In this document: positions 10,701-20,200 of the stretch, piece after piece
Position numbering within the stretch: the stretch's first letter is position 1
Layout of the letters: each line of letters begins with the position of its first letter
Source of the DNA: a virus
Reading direction: 5' to 3' (one strand)
Virus record (IMG/VR): IMGVR_UViG_3300033075_000468
Length of the DNA stretch: 64,000 nucleotides
The notes under the pieces: generated by a model
The model's input: the letters and a program-made list of their open reading frames with translations, nothing else
Database searches by the model: none
Told to the model about the DNA's origin: nothing
Program-made: the position numbers and the translations under genes

Positions 10701-11752
10701 TCATATACACGCCATGTCCAACTCTCTAATGCTCCAGTAGTTGTTAGAAATGGTGTAAAAGTAATCGGACCTGGTGTATCAGGAGAGTATGAAAAATCTA
10801 ATGAAGTAGAGCCAGCCTCAACATTTACATATGAATCTGATGGAGCCCATCCAGTATCACCCTCATAATTTACATAATATGTTCTAGTTCCTGTGAAACG
10901 TCTTTCTACAGGAATGACTACTTCGCTATATGAAGCACCAATATCATTTAGACTATTTCTAGCAACAATATAATAATTTCCAGATTCATAATACCAAACC
11001 TTTAAGTATCCAAGCGGGACAGGATCGCCCGGATTGATAACAAACTCAGAAGCAGTAACATGAATAGTTAAATCTACTCCTCCATCTATGTTACCAGCTT
11101 GTGTCACCGACACAGACGTTCCCGCCTGAGTTCCCCCCACTCCGTCAGATGCCTTAAATATTAAAAATGGCTCTGTTTCAGTAGCGTTATTAAATGCCGC
11201 AGGATTGCTATGTGAAGCAAAATACCCTGGCGCAGAAGCACCTCTTGTGGTTCCAGAAAACGGATAGTATCCACCATATGATGCAAGGCTGTCATCAAAC
11301 CATACAAAATCAACATGGATTGGATTGCTTGTATGACCAGGGGTACCAACTTTATATGGATTATTAGCTATTCTAACAGTATTAATACCTTCGGTGAAGA
11401 AATAGTGCCCCATGAACCCAGCACCAGTGTCCATGACATTCTCAAATCTATTATATGTAGAATTTGTATCAGGTATTCCTACTGGTCCTGAAGGTCCACC
11501 TACGCCAGTACCTCCAGCCATTCCATTTACATAAATAATTGGAGTACCATAGCCATTAGATCCAAGATCAGCAAAAAACGGGCCAGACTTTCTCACCCCA
11601 GCACCCATAGCGAGCGCTGAGTTATTTGCTCTAGCTGCGGTATCAGCGTCCATTGTAAATGTCCACTCGATATAATCGTTATACTCTTCTAATATAGCGA
11701 AGGCAGGCGACCAAAAATTTCCTGATGGAGACGTAACTATATTTGTTGTCAT
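7766..11752 (-). CDS. Minor tail protein, paralog B (large).
   Basis: ORF of 1328 aa. Its C-terminal region of about 600 aa is paralogous to the 805-aa protein, and its start is coupled to the downstream gene. Confidence 0.55.
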   Translation of the reverse strand: MTTNIVTSPSGNFWSPAFAILEEYNDYIEWTFTMDADTAARANNSALAMGAGVRKSGPFFADLGSNGYGTPIIYVNGMAGGTGVGGPSGPVGIPDTNSTYNRFENVMDTGAGFMGHYFFTEGINTVRIANNPYKVGTPGHTSNPIHVDFVWFDDSLASYGGYYPFSGTTRGASAPGYFASHSNPAAFNNATETEPFLIFKASDGVGGTQAGTSVSVTQAGNIDGGVDLTIHVTASEFVINPGDPVPLGYLKVWYYESGNYYIVARNSLNDIGASYSEVVIPVERRFTGTRTYYVNYEGDTGWAPSDSYVNVEAGSTSLDFSYSPDTPGPITFTPFLTTTGALESWTWRVYESDGTTLLQTSSLETPVFNLTTGSYIVAALATISGAPNGTRSKSVTIFTDGSSFPTNGVDFIWSPDPVPNTLQTVTFTDITFDIGPPAGDIWVIGKQGVDFSSVLSGTPISSLATSDVLYGILVAFSDEFGPDINAALFAENGVDLSASPRVIRSVSIADSIDISDPPPLFISDKVFSLKFPTEGFYDVILFRFTDLGTFAVQGGQYKRVTVGNFVGNRTILFDNIVVTNAGAQFPTDGTTGPGSGTVIPGQHPDIPPGYYQFWRPEDVYNNRNELTMKWLVCDAGAILHDTADGTGYRTCPLDNEDYERGWWSQNRSDSAGNFTTPEWVQSQWTTPRLVNRIQLNLMYGYAPMNSVGIEYLTADGQWVQLATPNFITAFNPEDFIWTYDFSSAIEISGLRATVYSTTRPNDWARLSELNAFYIVDISEDVISIDIKEDMEFYESNVAIPRTAAKSVDITFNNISEKYKLFAPYTGYVLGANTRFSIYLSQLNNDTLVMDEVYFGDYYSDSWSNDSSSMTASVQCRDASKFLQDQMTYWNKVWKDTLIDAPLIEILLLNDIPLRRININGNNTTINQVYLKQSTPWELFGELALVSFSMFRFTRDNIFEYDDFSSSVSKDKLLDYSTNIISANMQTEVYANKITVKVNPIIKEENKLTSLWAAPSPTILSWSALGANINAESSTITVATAPRQSGFNLTNYGWPDRGYLFLYELAYEIRGGRPYPMVINGEVVKYNSRTDSAFTDIERGALYTAAQDWTAGTKIGELVMFNMEFSNAPVEDIRFPFVTAIDVLSYDDIEATKQAHVVLWEHDQASGRLAIANIADYYTWLAGTGQTARDIDDTEHDIEIEFATAVAGVALVQVQSEVITETIINPEKTLANLVRRYGKNEIKIDSPFIQTREAAETILDRMIARFQYPVPEWKVKTTAILDLDLKDKILFGYLDGFNFSTERSVVVIGNTIRYDGGIDQEIRVRRDLD

Positions 11753-12915
11753 GCAAACACCACATTTGTAACTGTCAGTACAGAACTAGGATCATATACC
11801 AAAGATCTTCCTGTATCGAATACTCTGATATTAGATACAGAGCACCCTGTTATCGGTGGATCATATGCAGATATATACGAACCCGCAGATCCTTGCTGAC
11901 TATAAATATCTACACCACTTACTGACGAGTTAGAAATGCCTAGATTACTATTATAGAATAAAATACTTGGGTGTCCACTTCCAGTAGAGCTACGAGTAAT
12001 TTTTCCACCAGTTATACTAACCCCATCTACATAGTTTGTCGTATATTCTGATTCTGAAGAAATATATATACTAGCATATTGAGAGTCTTGAATATCAATA
12101 TCTGTGAATGTGATAAATTCTCCACCAACGACAGATAATCCTCTTGCTCTACCACCACGATACACTGGTCTATTCACTGTGATATCGTGACAAATATTAG
12201 AAGTTCCATAAGATACGATAGCCACTCCGCCCCCTCCAGTTACCGTAACTTCTTGTGAATAGTAAATATAATATGATGTTACTGCCTGTGGTCCAGTTAT
12301 GGAATTATAAGAAGAGGTATAGAAAGAAGATACATACCCAGCAATCCCATATGTGCCAGCAACCGTATAAGAAGTATTTACAGGTGATCCTATTACTGAC
12401 CAATAAGATGTGGTAGCATTAGTAGTTTGTAATCCTTCAACCGGAATAGTAATACTAGTATCTTGTTCAAACCACACTATGCCATCAAATGAAGTGGCTT
12501 GCTTAGACTTGGCTATAGGGGTAATAGTAACTACGTCTCCCACAGCAGGTGTCAAATTAGATACGGTAAACTCTGGAACGATAGGGTCTGCCGGAATAGT
12601 AATAACAACATCTGCTGGACCATCATCACCAGTGTAATAAATGTGAGCTTCACAGTTATATCCATAGTAAGTTGAAGCAAGCTCAGGCATTTGAAAATCA
12701 TATATATCAGAGCTACCAGAAATGGTAAACGGACCAAGGCTGTACTGTCTCCACAATGGGCCAGACTCATTCAGATTTATTGTCCACTCCCCGCCAGTAG
12801 ATCCGCCAAGCAAATCAATGGTGAGTCTCCAATGGTCAATATCTGCTGGATCAGGGGCCTGCCCAGGAGTGCTCGAATCAAATCTTCTGTCTACATAGAG
12901 ATTAAATACTGTCAT
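11749..12915 (-). CDS. Tail fibre or spike-associated protein.
   Basis: ORF of 388 aa. Its C-terminal roughly 130 aa (GG.ARG..VVG......D.D.QD..YA.IYIS.E......GHPSILF...VDIY.Q.G) are homologous to the C-terminus of the adjacent 1297-aa protein. Confidence 0.5.
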   Translation of the reverse strand: MTVFNLYVDRRFDSSTPGQAPDPADIDHWRLTIDLLGGSTGGEWTINLNESGPLWRQYSLGPFTISGSSDIYDFQMPELASTYYGYNCEAHIYYTGDDGPADVVITIPADPIVPEFTVSNLTPAVGDVVTITPIAKSKQATSFDGIVWFEQDTSITIPVEGLQTTNATTSYWSVIGSPVNTSYTVAGTYGIAGYVSSFYTSSYNSITGPQAVTSYYIYYSQEVTVTGGGGVAIVSYGTSNICHDITVNRPVYRGGRARGLSVVGGEFITFTDIDIQDSQYASIYISSESEYTTNYVDGVSITGGKITRSSTGSGHPSILFYNSNLGISNSSVSGVDIYSQQGSAGSYISAYDPPITGCSVSNIRVFDTGRSLVYDPSSVLTVTNVVFA

Positions 12916-15900
12916 CCGTACACCACATTTGTTGCTGTAATTCCACCCGCTGTCAGTGCTGTTCTAGGAGTAGAGAACACTGTTACATTTGTTGCAGAGC
13001 ATGATGTTGGACCACCACGCCCCTCAATAAAGTATGCTCCATCACCCGCTTGATTATAGATATCTACTCCGGTAATAGAACAGTTATTAACTGTACCACC
13101 TGTATCTTGGAAGAACAAGATTGACGGGTGTCCATTATTTCCATTAGCACAACTAGTAACCTTTCCTCCCGTGACTGAGCAGTTCGTTGTTGGCTCCGTA
13201 TCATACGATATAGTCTCATTTGATATATATATACCAGCATAAGCTGTATCTTGTAGATCAACATCTTGAGCAACACAATTGTCAGCACCAACCATTGCAA
13301 CACCACGGGCGTTACCACCCCTACATACAGGTCTTATCCAAGTGATATTTGTATTTGGTCCCTGGCCTCCATACCCGACAATAGCAAAGCAGTCGTCTCC
13401 AGAATTCTCTACATAACAATCCGTGTATGTGATATTGTCACATGCATCTGTATTGTGAATGGAGTCAGAGTTTGTGTTCATCACAATCAGATTCTCTACT
13501 GTTGAGTTGGTAGCAGCCGAACCCATAAAGCCAGCAGCATATGAACCATGCACTGCACAGTTCTTTACCGTAATTCCATTACCTCGCATAGTGACTTTAT
13601 TATGCTCATAATTAGCTCCACGTGTAGTCGCATCATTGCGGAAGATGATTCCAAATGCTGAAGCTCCATCTCTCAGCCATACATTTGAAGTTGTATCATT
13701 TGTTCCCCAAAGTATTGCCCCGCCTGTGATGTCATTTCCACTTCTTGATCCACCACCATACATCGGGATACCATCACAGAAAAGGACATCGCTATGACAA
13801 TAAGTCTTTGATGAATTCAAGATCATTGAACCCGAACCATTTGCTAGCACTGCATCCATGCAAGCTTGAAGCGCAGCAGTATCATCGGCTACACCATTAC
13901 CAAGCGCACCGTAGTCTTCTGGATAGAAGAATGGCGCTACAGGTTCATCAGGAGATGTTGAGCTATTTGCGAATACTTCTATTGCCCCCGCAGACCATGT
14001 TGTGTCGGTGCGATAGTTACGCAGTGCATCAGGCCACCCACCTATACGTGAATACAATGCCGAATCAACTACCACTTCATCAGATGTGATCGGTCTAAAA
14101 CTCGTCCATGTACCAATCGTAGGTGTCCCGAAATAATTGGAGCCTTGTGCTGAGCGATCAAAGTTATTCGATGCATCATAAGATGATGGCTCGGCCAATA
14201 TCACATTGTCTACTGGCGTTGTAGCAACCTCATAAATATCAAACCATTTGTTCCCAGCATTCGGGAATGAGATATTCCCACGGACTACACAGTTCTCTGA
14301 ACCAATCGTGTCTATCTCCGCTTGCCCATTGATAGCTGTAGAGTTGCAATTACCGACTGATGTATTGAACATGATGTCGCAGTTGCGTGAGAACAACGAG
14401 TGAATTCCTCTACCACCATTATTGATAGTAATATTATTCATTACTAAGACTCGACCTGTATATCCCACAAGATTTGTGGCGTAGTCACCATTAGCAATAT
14501 CAATGATTATTCCATTGCCATCTGTGATGGCTCCACCATATGACGGGTCATTCTCGTTATTGTATGAAATATTGCCAATGATTCTGTTGTCATATCCATC
14601 AGCATCGACTCCCCCGCCTATATTCACAAGCTTGTAGAGTGAAATGCCCGAAGCAAAAGTATCTAGCCATCCTGAAGTATCGTGGACATAGTTATAGCAA
14701 ATATCATAATGATTGCATTCAACGCCACCAACACCTGACGCTCCATCGTGAATATCACAATTCCATATAGCTATGTGATGTGAATTGCCTACGCCAACAC
14801 AGTCTGCATACGGATGTCCTGAAGTGTTGACTGAACTAATCTCAAATCCATATGCTCCGATGTAACTAGAATTCTTGATGAGAATTCCTCGCTCAAGTCC
14901 TTCAGCATCAGCTTGTCCTGCGGCATCAATGTGAACTGTTGCTCCTGAAGCTGGCATAAGCAAGATATATTGCGAAGGATTCACATTGACAAAACTGACA
15001 GGTCCATATGTGCCTGTGGCCATCTCAATAATTCCACCAGTAGAAGCAAGTTGTGTTATGGCAGCCGCAACCTCTGCATCGTTTGCAACCTTTACAGTGA
15101 TAGCTGGGTGAGCATATCTATCCAAAAACATTTGTCTAATATCGGCTGTACCAGTACCACCTCCTGGTCCACCACCATTACCACCTGTACCACCACCAGT
15201 ACCACCTCCACCAGTAGAAGACGGAGTGCCATCAAAGTATGCTACTTTCATATAGTTTCCTGAAGAATTTCCAGCATATGTAGTATCTACTACAGATACT
15301 TCCCAATCAGAAGGCCATGTAAATCCACCCTCAACACTAGTACCCACCATAGCTCTAATAGTATATCCATTACATTGTAGAGCTATAACATGAGGCCATG
15401 CTGACGCTGTAGCAATCATATATTGTGATGTAGCTGTCTTTAATAATGTATGTGCACCAGTTTCATTTACCTTATAAATAGATAATGTTTTTTTAGATAG
15501 ATTCACATAAAGTGCATAACAGTTAGCTAGAGTTTGAGTAACATGTTCTTGAGTACTTCTAAACGATAAAACTATTGTTTTATCTCTATCAGTTGGTAAT
15601 GCTGAATACCCCCCTGCTTCATTCAACGGCCAAAACGGAACCACAGCATCAAAATTAGATGGAAGAAGAACATTGTATTCTGTGGCTGCCTGGTATGTAG
15701 CTGTTGGCCCTAGGGATATCTGGCCCATCTGTCCAGAACCACCATCTGTAACACCACTAACATCAGATCCATTATTATTTAAGTGAGCCCAGTTTGTATC
15801 CCATCCAATAGGTTCAAATGTTTCAGTAAAACTGAAATCAACAGGATCGGTACTTGGTTTTGTAACGGTACCCACTGGAGGATTCTGATATGAATCTGTT

Positions 15901-16805
15901 GTAGTCTCAAACAAATGAAATCCACGTGTCGCTATCTTTGCAGATGAAGCTGTAATAATTTGATTATCGTTCTGAGAATTATTTCCAAATTCAGCAATAA
16001 CTCTATGGCCTAACTCTAAAGTAGCAGATGTACTTGGGGGAGCAGGTGGAGTAGTTCCCTCGATACTTAATCCAAAGGAAGAATCTATTGTTCCAGAAAT
16101 CTCGCCAGGAATATATATAGATTTTGAGCTTGTGGCTACTGGAATTAATCTATTATTATCTGCTGACGCTACAAAATATATACCTGCTGCACCAGGATAA
16201 GCTTCAAATGTCTGAGTAGGATCAAATTGATAATCATATCCTCCGTCATAAATTATTCCATTATCAGCATAAAAGCTTAAAGAACTAAAGGCCCAACCAT
16301 TTGATGGTATAAGATTTGTAGCACTAACTGTAGGGGAAGATCCATCATATATAAATCTTGCAATAGTGACATACATATAATCACTACCGCCAAGCCATTG
16401 TTGAAATGGAAATTTAATTTCCCATGTTGGTTCGGTTGATGTAAAATTCTGTACATATAAATCAGCAACATAGGTGCCGTATCCGATCAAGCAAACATAT
16501 ACATAGTCACCTATCTGAGTTCCAGTAGGTACAGTTATTAATTCAGAATCATTAGTGGAAACAATTTGGGGTTCATAGGCCCGGAATCTGACAAAACTAC
16601 CAGAGCCATCTGAAAATGACAACGACATTCCCACCCATGGATCAGGGCCATTTACGCTCTGAGCCCATGAAGGCATTATAAATTTATCGTTGATATTTAC
16701 TGGTGGTTCCCGCTCTACATAGCCAATAGCAGTAGATAGACCCACACCAGTAGAGCTAGAATTTTCCGGCCCACTTCCCAATATTGTATAGTTAAATATC
16801 GCCAT
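12912..16805 (-). CDS. Tailspike-like protein with a predicted right-handed beta-helix, possibly a depolymerase.
   Basis: ORF of 1297 aa. It has repetitive N/G/I-rich beta-helix-like segments (NNITINNGGRGIHS, GNISYNNEND) and a Gly-rich linker (GGGGTGGGTGGNGGGPGGG). Its C-terminal domain matches that of the 388-aa neighbour. Confidence 0.5.
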   Translation of the reverse strand: MAIFNYTILGSGPENSSSTGVGLSTAIGYVEREPPVNINDKFIMPSWAQSVNGPDPWVGMSLSFSDGSGSFVRFRAYEPQIVSTNDSELITVPTGTQIGDYVYVCLIGYGTYVADLYVQNFTSTEPTWEIKFPFQQWLGGSDYMYVTIARFIYDGSSPTVSATNLIPSNGWAFSSLSFYADNGIIYDGGYDYQFDPTQTFEAYPGAAGIYFVASADNNRLIPVATSSKSIYIPGEISGTIDSSFGLSIEGTTPPAPPSTSATLELGHRVIAEFGNNSQNDNQIITASSAKIATRGFHLFETTTDSYQNPPVGTVTKPSTDPVDFSFTETFEPIGWDTNWAHLNNNGSDVSGVTDGGSGQMGQISLGPTATYQAATEYNVLLPSNFDAVVPFWPLNEAGGYSALPTDRDKTIVLSFRSTQEHVTQTLANCYALYVNLSKKTLSIYKVNETGAHTLLKTATSQYMIATASAWPHVIALQCNGYTIRAMVGTSVEGGFTWPSDWEVSVVDTTYAGNSSGNYMKVAYFDGTPSSTGGGGTGGGTGGNGGGPGGGTGTADIRQMFLDRYAHPAITVKVANDAEVAAAITQLASTGGIIEMATGTYGPVSFVNVNPSQYILLMPASGATVHIDAAGQADAEGLERGILIKNSSYIGAYGFEISSVNTSGHPYADCVGVGNSHHIAIWNCDIHDGASGVGGVECNHYDICYNYVHDTSGWLDTFASGISLYKLVNIGGGVDADGYDNRIIGNISYNNENDPSYGGAITDGNGIIIDIANGDYATNLVGYTGRVLVMNNITINNGGRGIHSLFSRNCDIMFNTSVGNCNSTAINGQAEIDTIGSENCVVRGNISFPNAGNKWFDIYEVATTPVDNVILAEPSSYDASNNFDRSAQGSNYFGTPTIGTWTSFRPITSDEVVVDSALYSRIGGWPDALRNYRTDTTWSAGAIEVFANSSTSPDEPVAPFFYPEDYGALGNGVADDTAALQACMDAVLANGSGSMILNSSKTYCHSDVLFCDGIPMYGGGSRSGNDITGGAILWGTNDTTSNVWLRDGASAFGIIFRNDATTRGANYEHNKVTMRGNGITVKNCAVHGSYAAGFMGSAATNSTVENLIVMNTNSDSIHNTDACDNITYTDCYVENSGDDCFAIVGYGGQGPNTNITWIRPVCRGGNARGVAMVGADNCVAQDVDLQDTAYAGIYISNETISYDTEPTTNCSVTGGKVTSCANGNNGHPSILFFQDTGGTVNNCSITGVDIYNQAGDGAYFIEGRGGPTSCSATNVTVFSTPRTALTAGGITATNVVYG

Positions 16806-16808
16806 AAG

Positions 16809-17219
16809 TTAAACCGCTTGTACAAGCGTAAGAGATATTCTATATCTGAATCCCTCTTCGGTGCTGCGGCGTTGCAATAATTCTTCTTCGTATGACTCAA
16901 CGAATACAGTATATGTATTATCATGTAAGCCATCTTTCACACGAAGATCCATAGAACCATATGAATCCAACGCCACCGACGAAATTTGGTTTCGTCCCCC
17001 GAACCCATCAATTGTATATGTCGCATCGGCAGACACATTTGTCCATTGAATGGTCCACTTTTTGTACAAGCCTTTTATGTATCTTCTCTTTGAACCATTA
17101 GCAAGTTCCACCTCTACCATGCGCTCATCACGCTGTGTCTGTAGAGGTTCCCTAGACTCATCAGTAAACTCTACCCCGTTTAGAGATATGATATTTGGCA
17201 TTGAGAACGTGATTGGCAT
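16809..17219 (-). CDS. Hypothetical tail protein immediately downstream of the tape measure gene.
   Basis: ORF of 136 aa whose start overlaps the tape measure stop. Confidence 0.4.
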   Translation of the reverse strand: MPITFSMPNIISLNGVEFTDESREPLQTQRDERMVEVELANGSKRRYIKGLYKKWTIQWTNVSADATYTIDGFGGRNQISSVALDSYGSMDLRVKDGLHDNTYTVFVESYEEELLQRRSTEEGFRYRISLTLVQAV

Positions 17220-20200
17220 TAGTGTGTCACCTTACTAAATGTTCTGGATTGAGTGCCCTTGACTCTTTGAATCTTGGGAGTAATCTCTCTGTCAATTCTG
17301 CCAACAAGCTTCTCAATCTCTCTGTCTGAACCGAAGAAGTTTCCATCAATGTGGACATGAATTTCTGTCTTTCCACCAGCATTGTAAGCTGCTGTTTGAC
17401 TTGCTGTCAGCACACGCTCACCCTTATGTACTTCTGCAATTCCAGACTTTCTAATCATACCACCAACATCTAGTGAAGGCACATTTTGTACAACTAATCC
17501 ATTGCGAATTTTGAAACCTAATTCACTATATGTATTTTGAAGATTCTCTGAACCAGCCTGCAAAGATTCACGTACTTGCTTTGCATTGATTGGCTCAACG
17601 TGCCATGGCTCGGAAGGAATTGGGAAGACTAGACCAAACTTTCTAGCAAGTTCTCTATCTGCTGGGGTTGAATTTGGAGCAGTGTCCATAGCAAGACCGA
17701 ATTCGTGCATTGATGAGCCAGGAGGCGCAGCTAGATTGCCCTTGCCCGCCAGATACTTGGCATACAAATCAGCTTGCTGTTGATATGATCTGAAGCCAGA
17801 AACAACATCAAACTTATTCCCTAGAGCAGCATTGAAATCATTGAATGCTTTCATAAATGCTGGATAGATATGATCAATGATCATATTGGCTGGGCTAGCA
17901 GCTTCTAGGATGGCTTGCTTCATTCTCGAAGCGTTAATATTTGTAGTTGTCCCGTCGCTACCTGTAAGTCCAAGCCCTATGTTTCCACCCATGAAGCCCT
18001 TAACAAACTGACCAAAGACATTCTTGATACCACCAGCAAGAACATCAGAAACCATACCACCAGAGTGGAACTTCATCTTTCCATTGTTCATTGCATCTAG
18101 CATCTTCTGACCGTACTTAGATACGGCAGATCTTTGCATTACGTATTCGCCACTAAGAAGTGTTGCGTCTACTTCACCAGGCATACCTGCAACTGTTCCA
18201 CCTGAGTGGTATCTATTAGGATTATCGGGGAATGAATTAACCGTATATCCCTTACGTCCTTGGTATCCTCCACCCTGAGCCTTCGCCCAATTGTCTCCAC
18301 CTGCTGCCGCTGCCGCTTCATCACCTGTTAAGGGTGCATTGCCAGGAGTATCTTCAAATGCCTTCGGATCTAGCTCAACACCAAGTTCCTTAGCAAATGC
18401 AGCCATGGCTTCTTGACCCATGTTCTTCCAGTAGTTATCATCTTCTACTTGCTTCTTGGCCTCATCCATAGCTGTCTTCCAAGAAGACGACCATGCGCTT
18501 GCATTCTCCGCACCGATTGTGGCATATCCACCAGTAGCAGCGCTAAGTGCCCCAAGAATCTTGGCCTGTAAATCCTTCGCAGCCTGTTCACTTCGTGGAG
18601 TAAATTCTGTGAATGCGTCAAGCTGTGCCTCTAGAGCCTTTCTTTGTGCAGCAATAGACTTCTCAAGGGCGTCCTTTTCAATTTGTAGTCTTTCCTTTTG
18701 GGCGTCCCGTTCACGATCTACAAGAGTCTTTACACGATCCTTGTCAACATCAGCATCTTCTTTTCTAAGATCCTTCAGTGATTGACCATGGTCATAGTCC
18801 ATTTGCTTAGCATCATCGAATCTACCCTCATAGATAGCAAGGGCTCTATCGGCACGATACTTGACATTCAGTTCTCTACGCTTCTCACGAATCTCTTCCT
18901 TGCGGCGTAGATACTCAAGATCTTCGTCACGCTTACGCTCGGCGTCAATCTCTTTGTCTATTGCTTTGACTTTCTCGTCAATAGCATCTTTTTGGGTCTG
19001 AGCCCAATCATCAAAGGCTGAAAGCGCTGCGTCTTTCCAGCCCTCCATAATCTTTTCTAGCTTAGACTTGAATGCAGAAATGAATTCTTTTGTGGCTTCT
19101 TCAGCAGCAGCCTTTTGTTCATCAGGAGTTGGCAAGTTTGAATAAAGATCAAGCTTCTCCTGATTAATCTTATCAAGCCCGTCTTTGTATGCTTCTCCCT
19201 GCTTCTTCCCAGCTTCAGCAGCTTTTCTATTTGCAGAATCGGTATCCCATACCTTATCTTCAAGTGCGCTTTGTGCTGCTCCTACTGCATCTAGAGCACT
19301 TTGCTTCCATTTATCTACATTCTCTAGAGGACCAGCCCCACCTACAGGATTCAAGAACGCAACAAACTTACGGGCTGCGTTCCCGATCATACCCATACCC
19401 TCAATTGTGCCTCTTACAAGAGCGAACACGCCCTTGATAACAGCAAGCACGGCAAGACCAGCCACCATCTTCATGTGGTCCCACACTTCACTGAAAATTT
19501 CCTTAGCCGCATCCCAAGCATCTGACCAATCTCCTGTAAGGAGAGCAATGATAAGTCTAATCGCTTGAATGAATATATAAAGAGCACTAGCCAATGTGTC
19601 TGCAAGCAAGCTTACAAATGGTCTAATAACGTCTATTATCTTGGAGAATGCTCTGGCTGCTGCACCTATAATAGTTCCAATGTTTTTCCACATTGAACCT
19701 TGCTTATTGCCCTCGCCACCTAGACGCTTGAATACGCCAATAAATGGATCAATAATGCCATGCCATAGTTTGGACAGAGATTCCTTAAGGGCCTCAATGC
19801 CAGGTCTAGCCGTATCAATCCATTTCTTCCAGTTCTTCCATAGGATCAATACGACAGCAGCAATAGCAGCAATAACAAGTATCCATGGTCCAGCCGCAGC
19901 TAGTCCAGTAGAAATTTGCCCAGCCATTTGTGGACCGAACATACCCTCCATGATTGCGACACCCTTGCCACCCTCTTGAGCGAAGCTCTTCATGAATCCT
20001 GTGAATTTACCTATAGAAGCAGCAGGATTAGTTAGAATGTTTAAGAAACCAAATGCTTTACCACCAACAGACTTACCTTTTTCTGACTCGGCAGCATCCT
20101 TAACCAGTCCACCAAAGAACTTGGCTCTTGAAAAACGCTTCTTTCTTGTGATCGGGAATTGATCCCCAGCAAATTGAGCTAGAGTCTCAGTAGTATCTCT

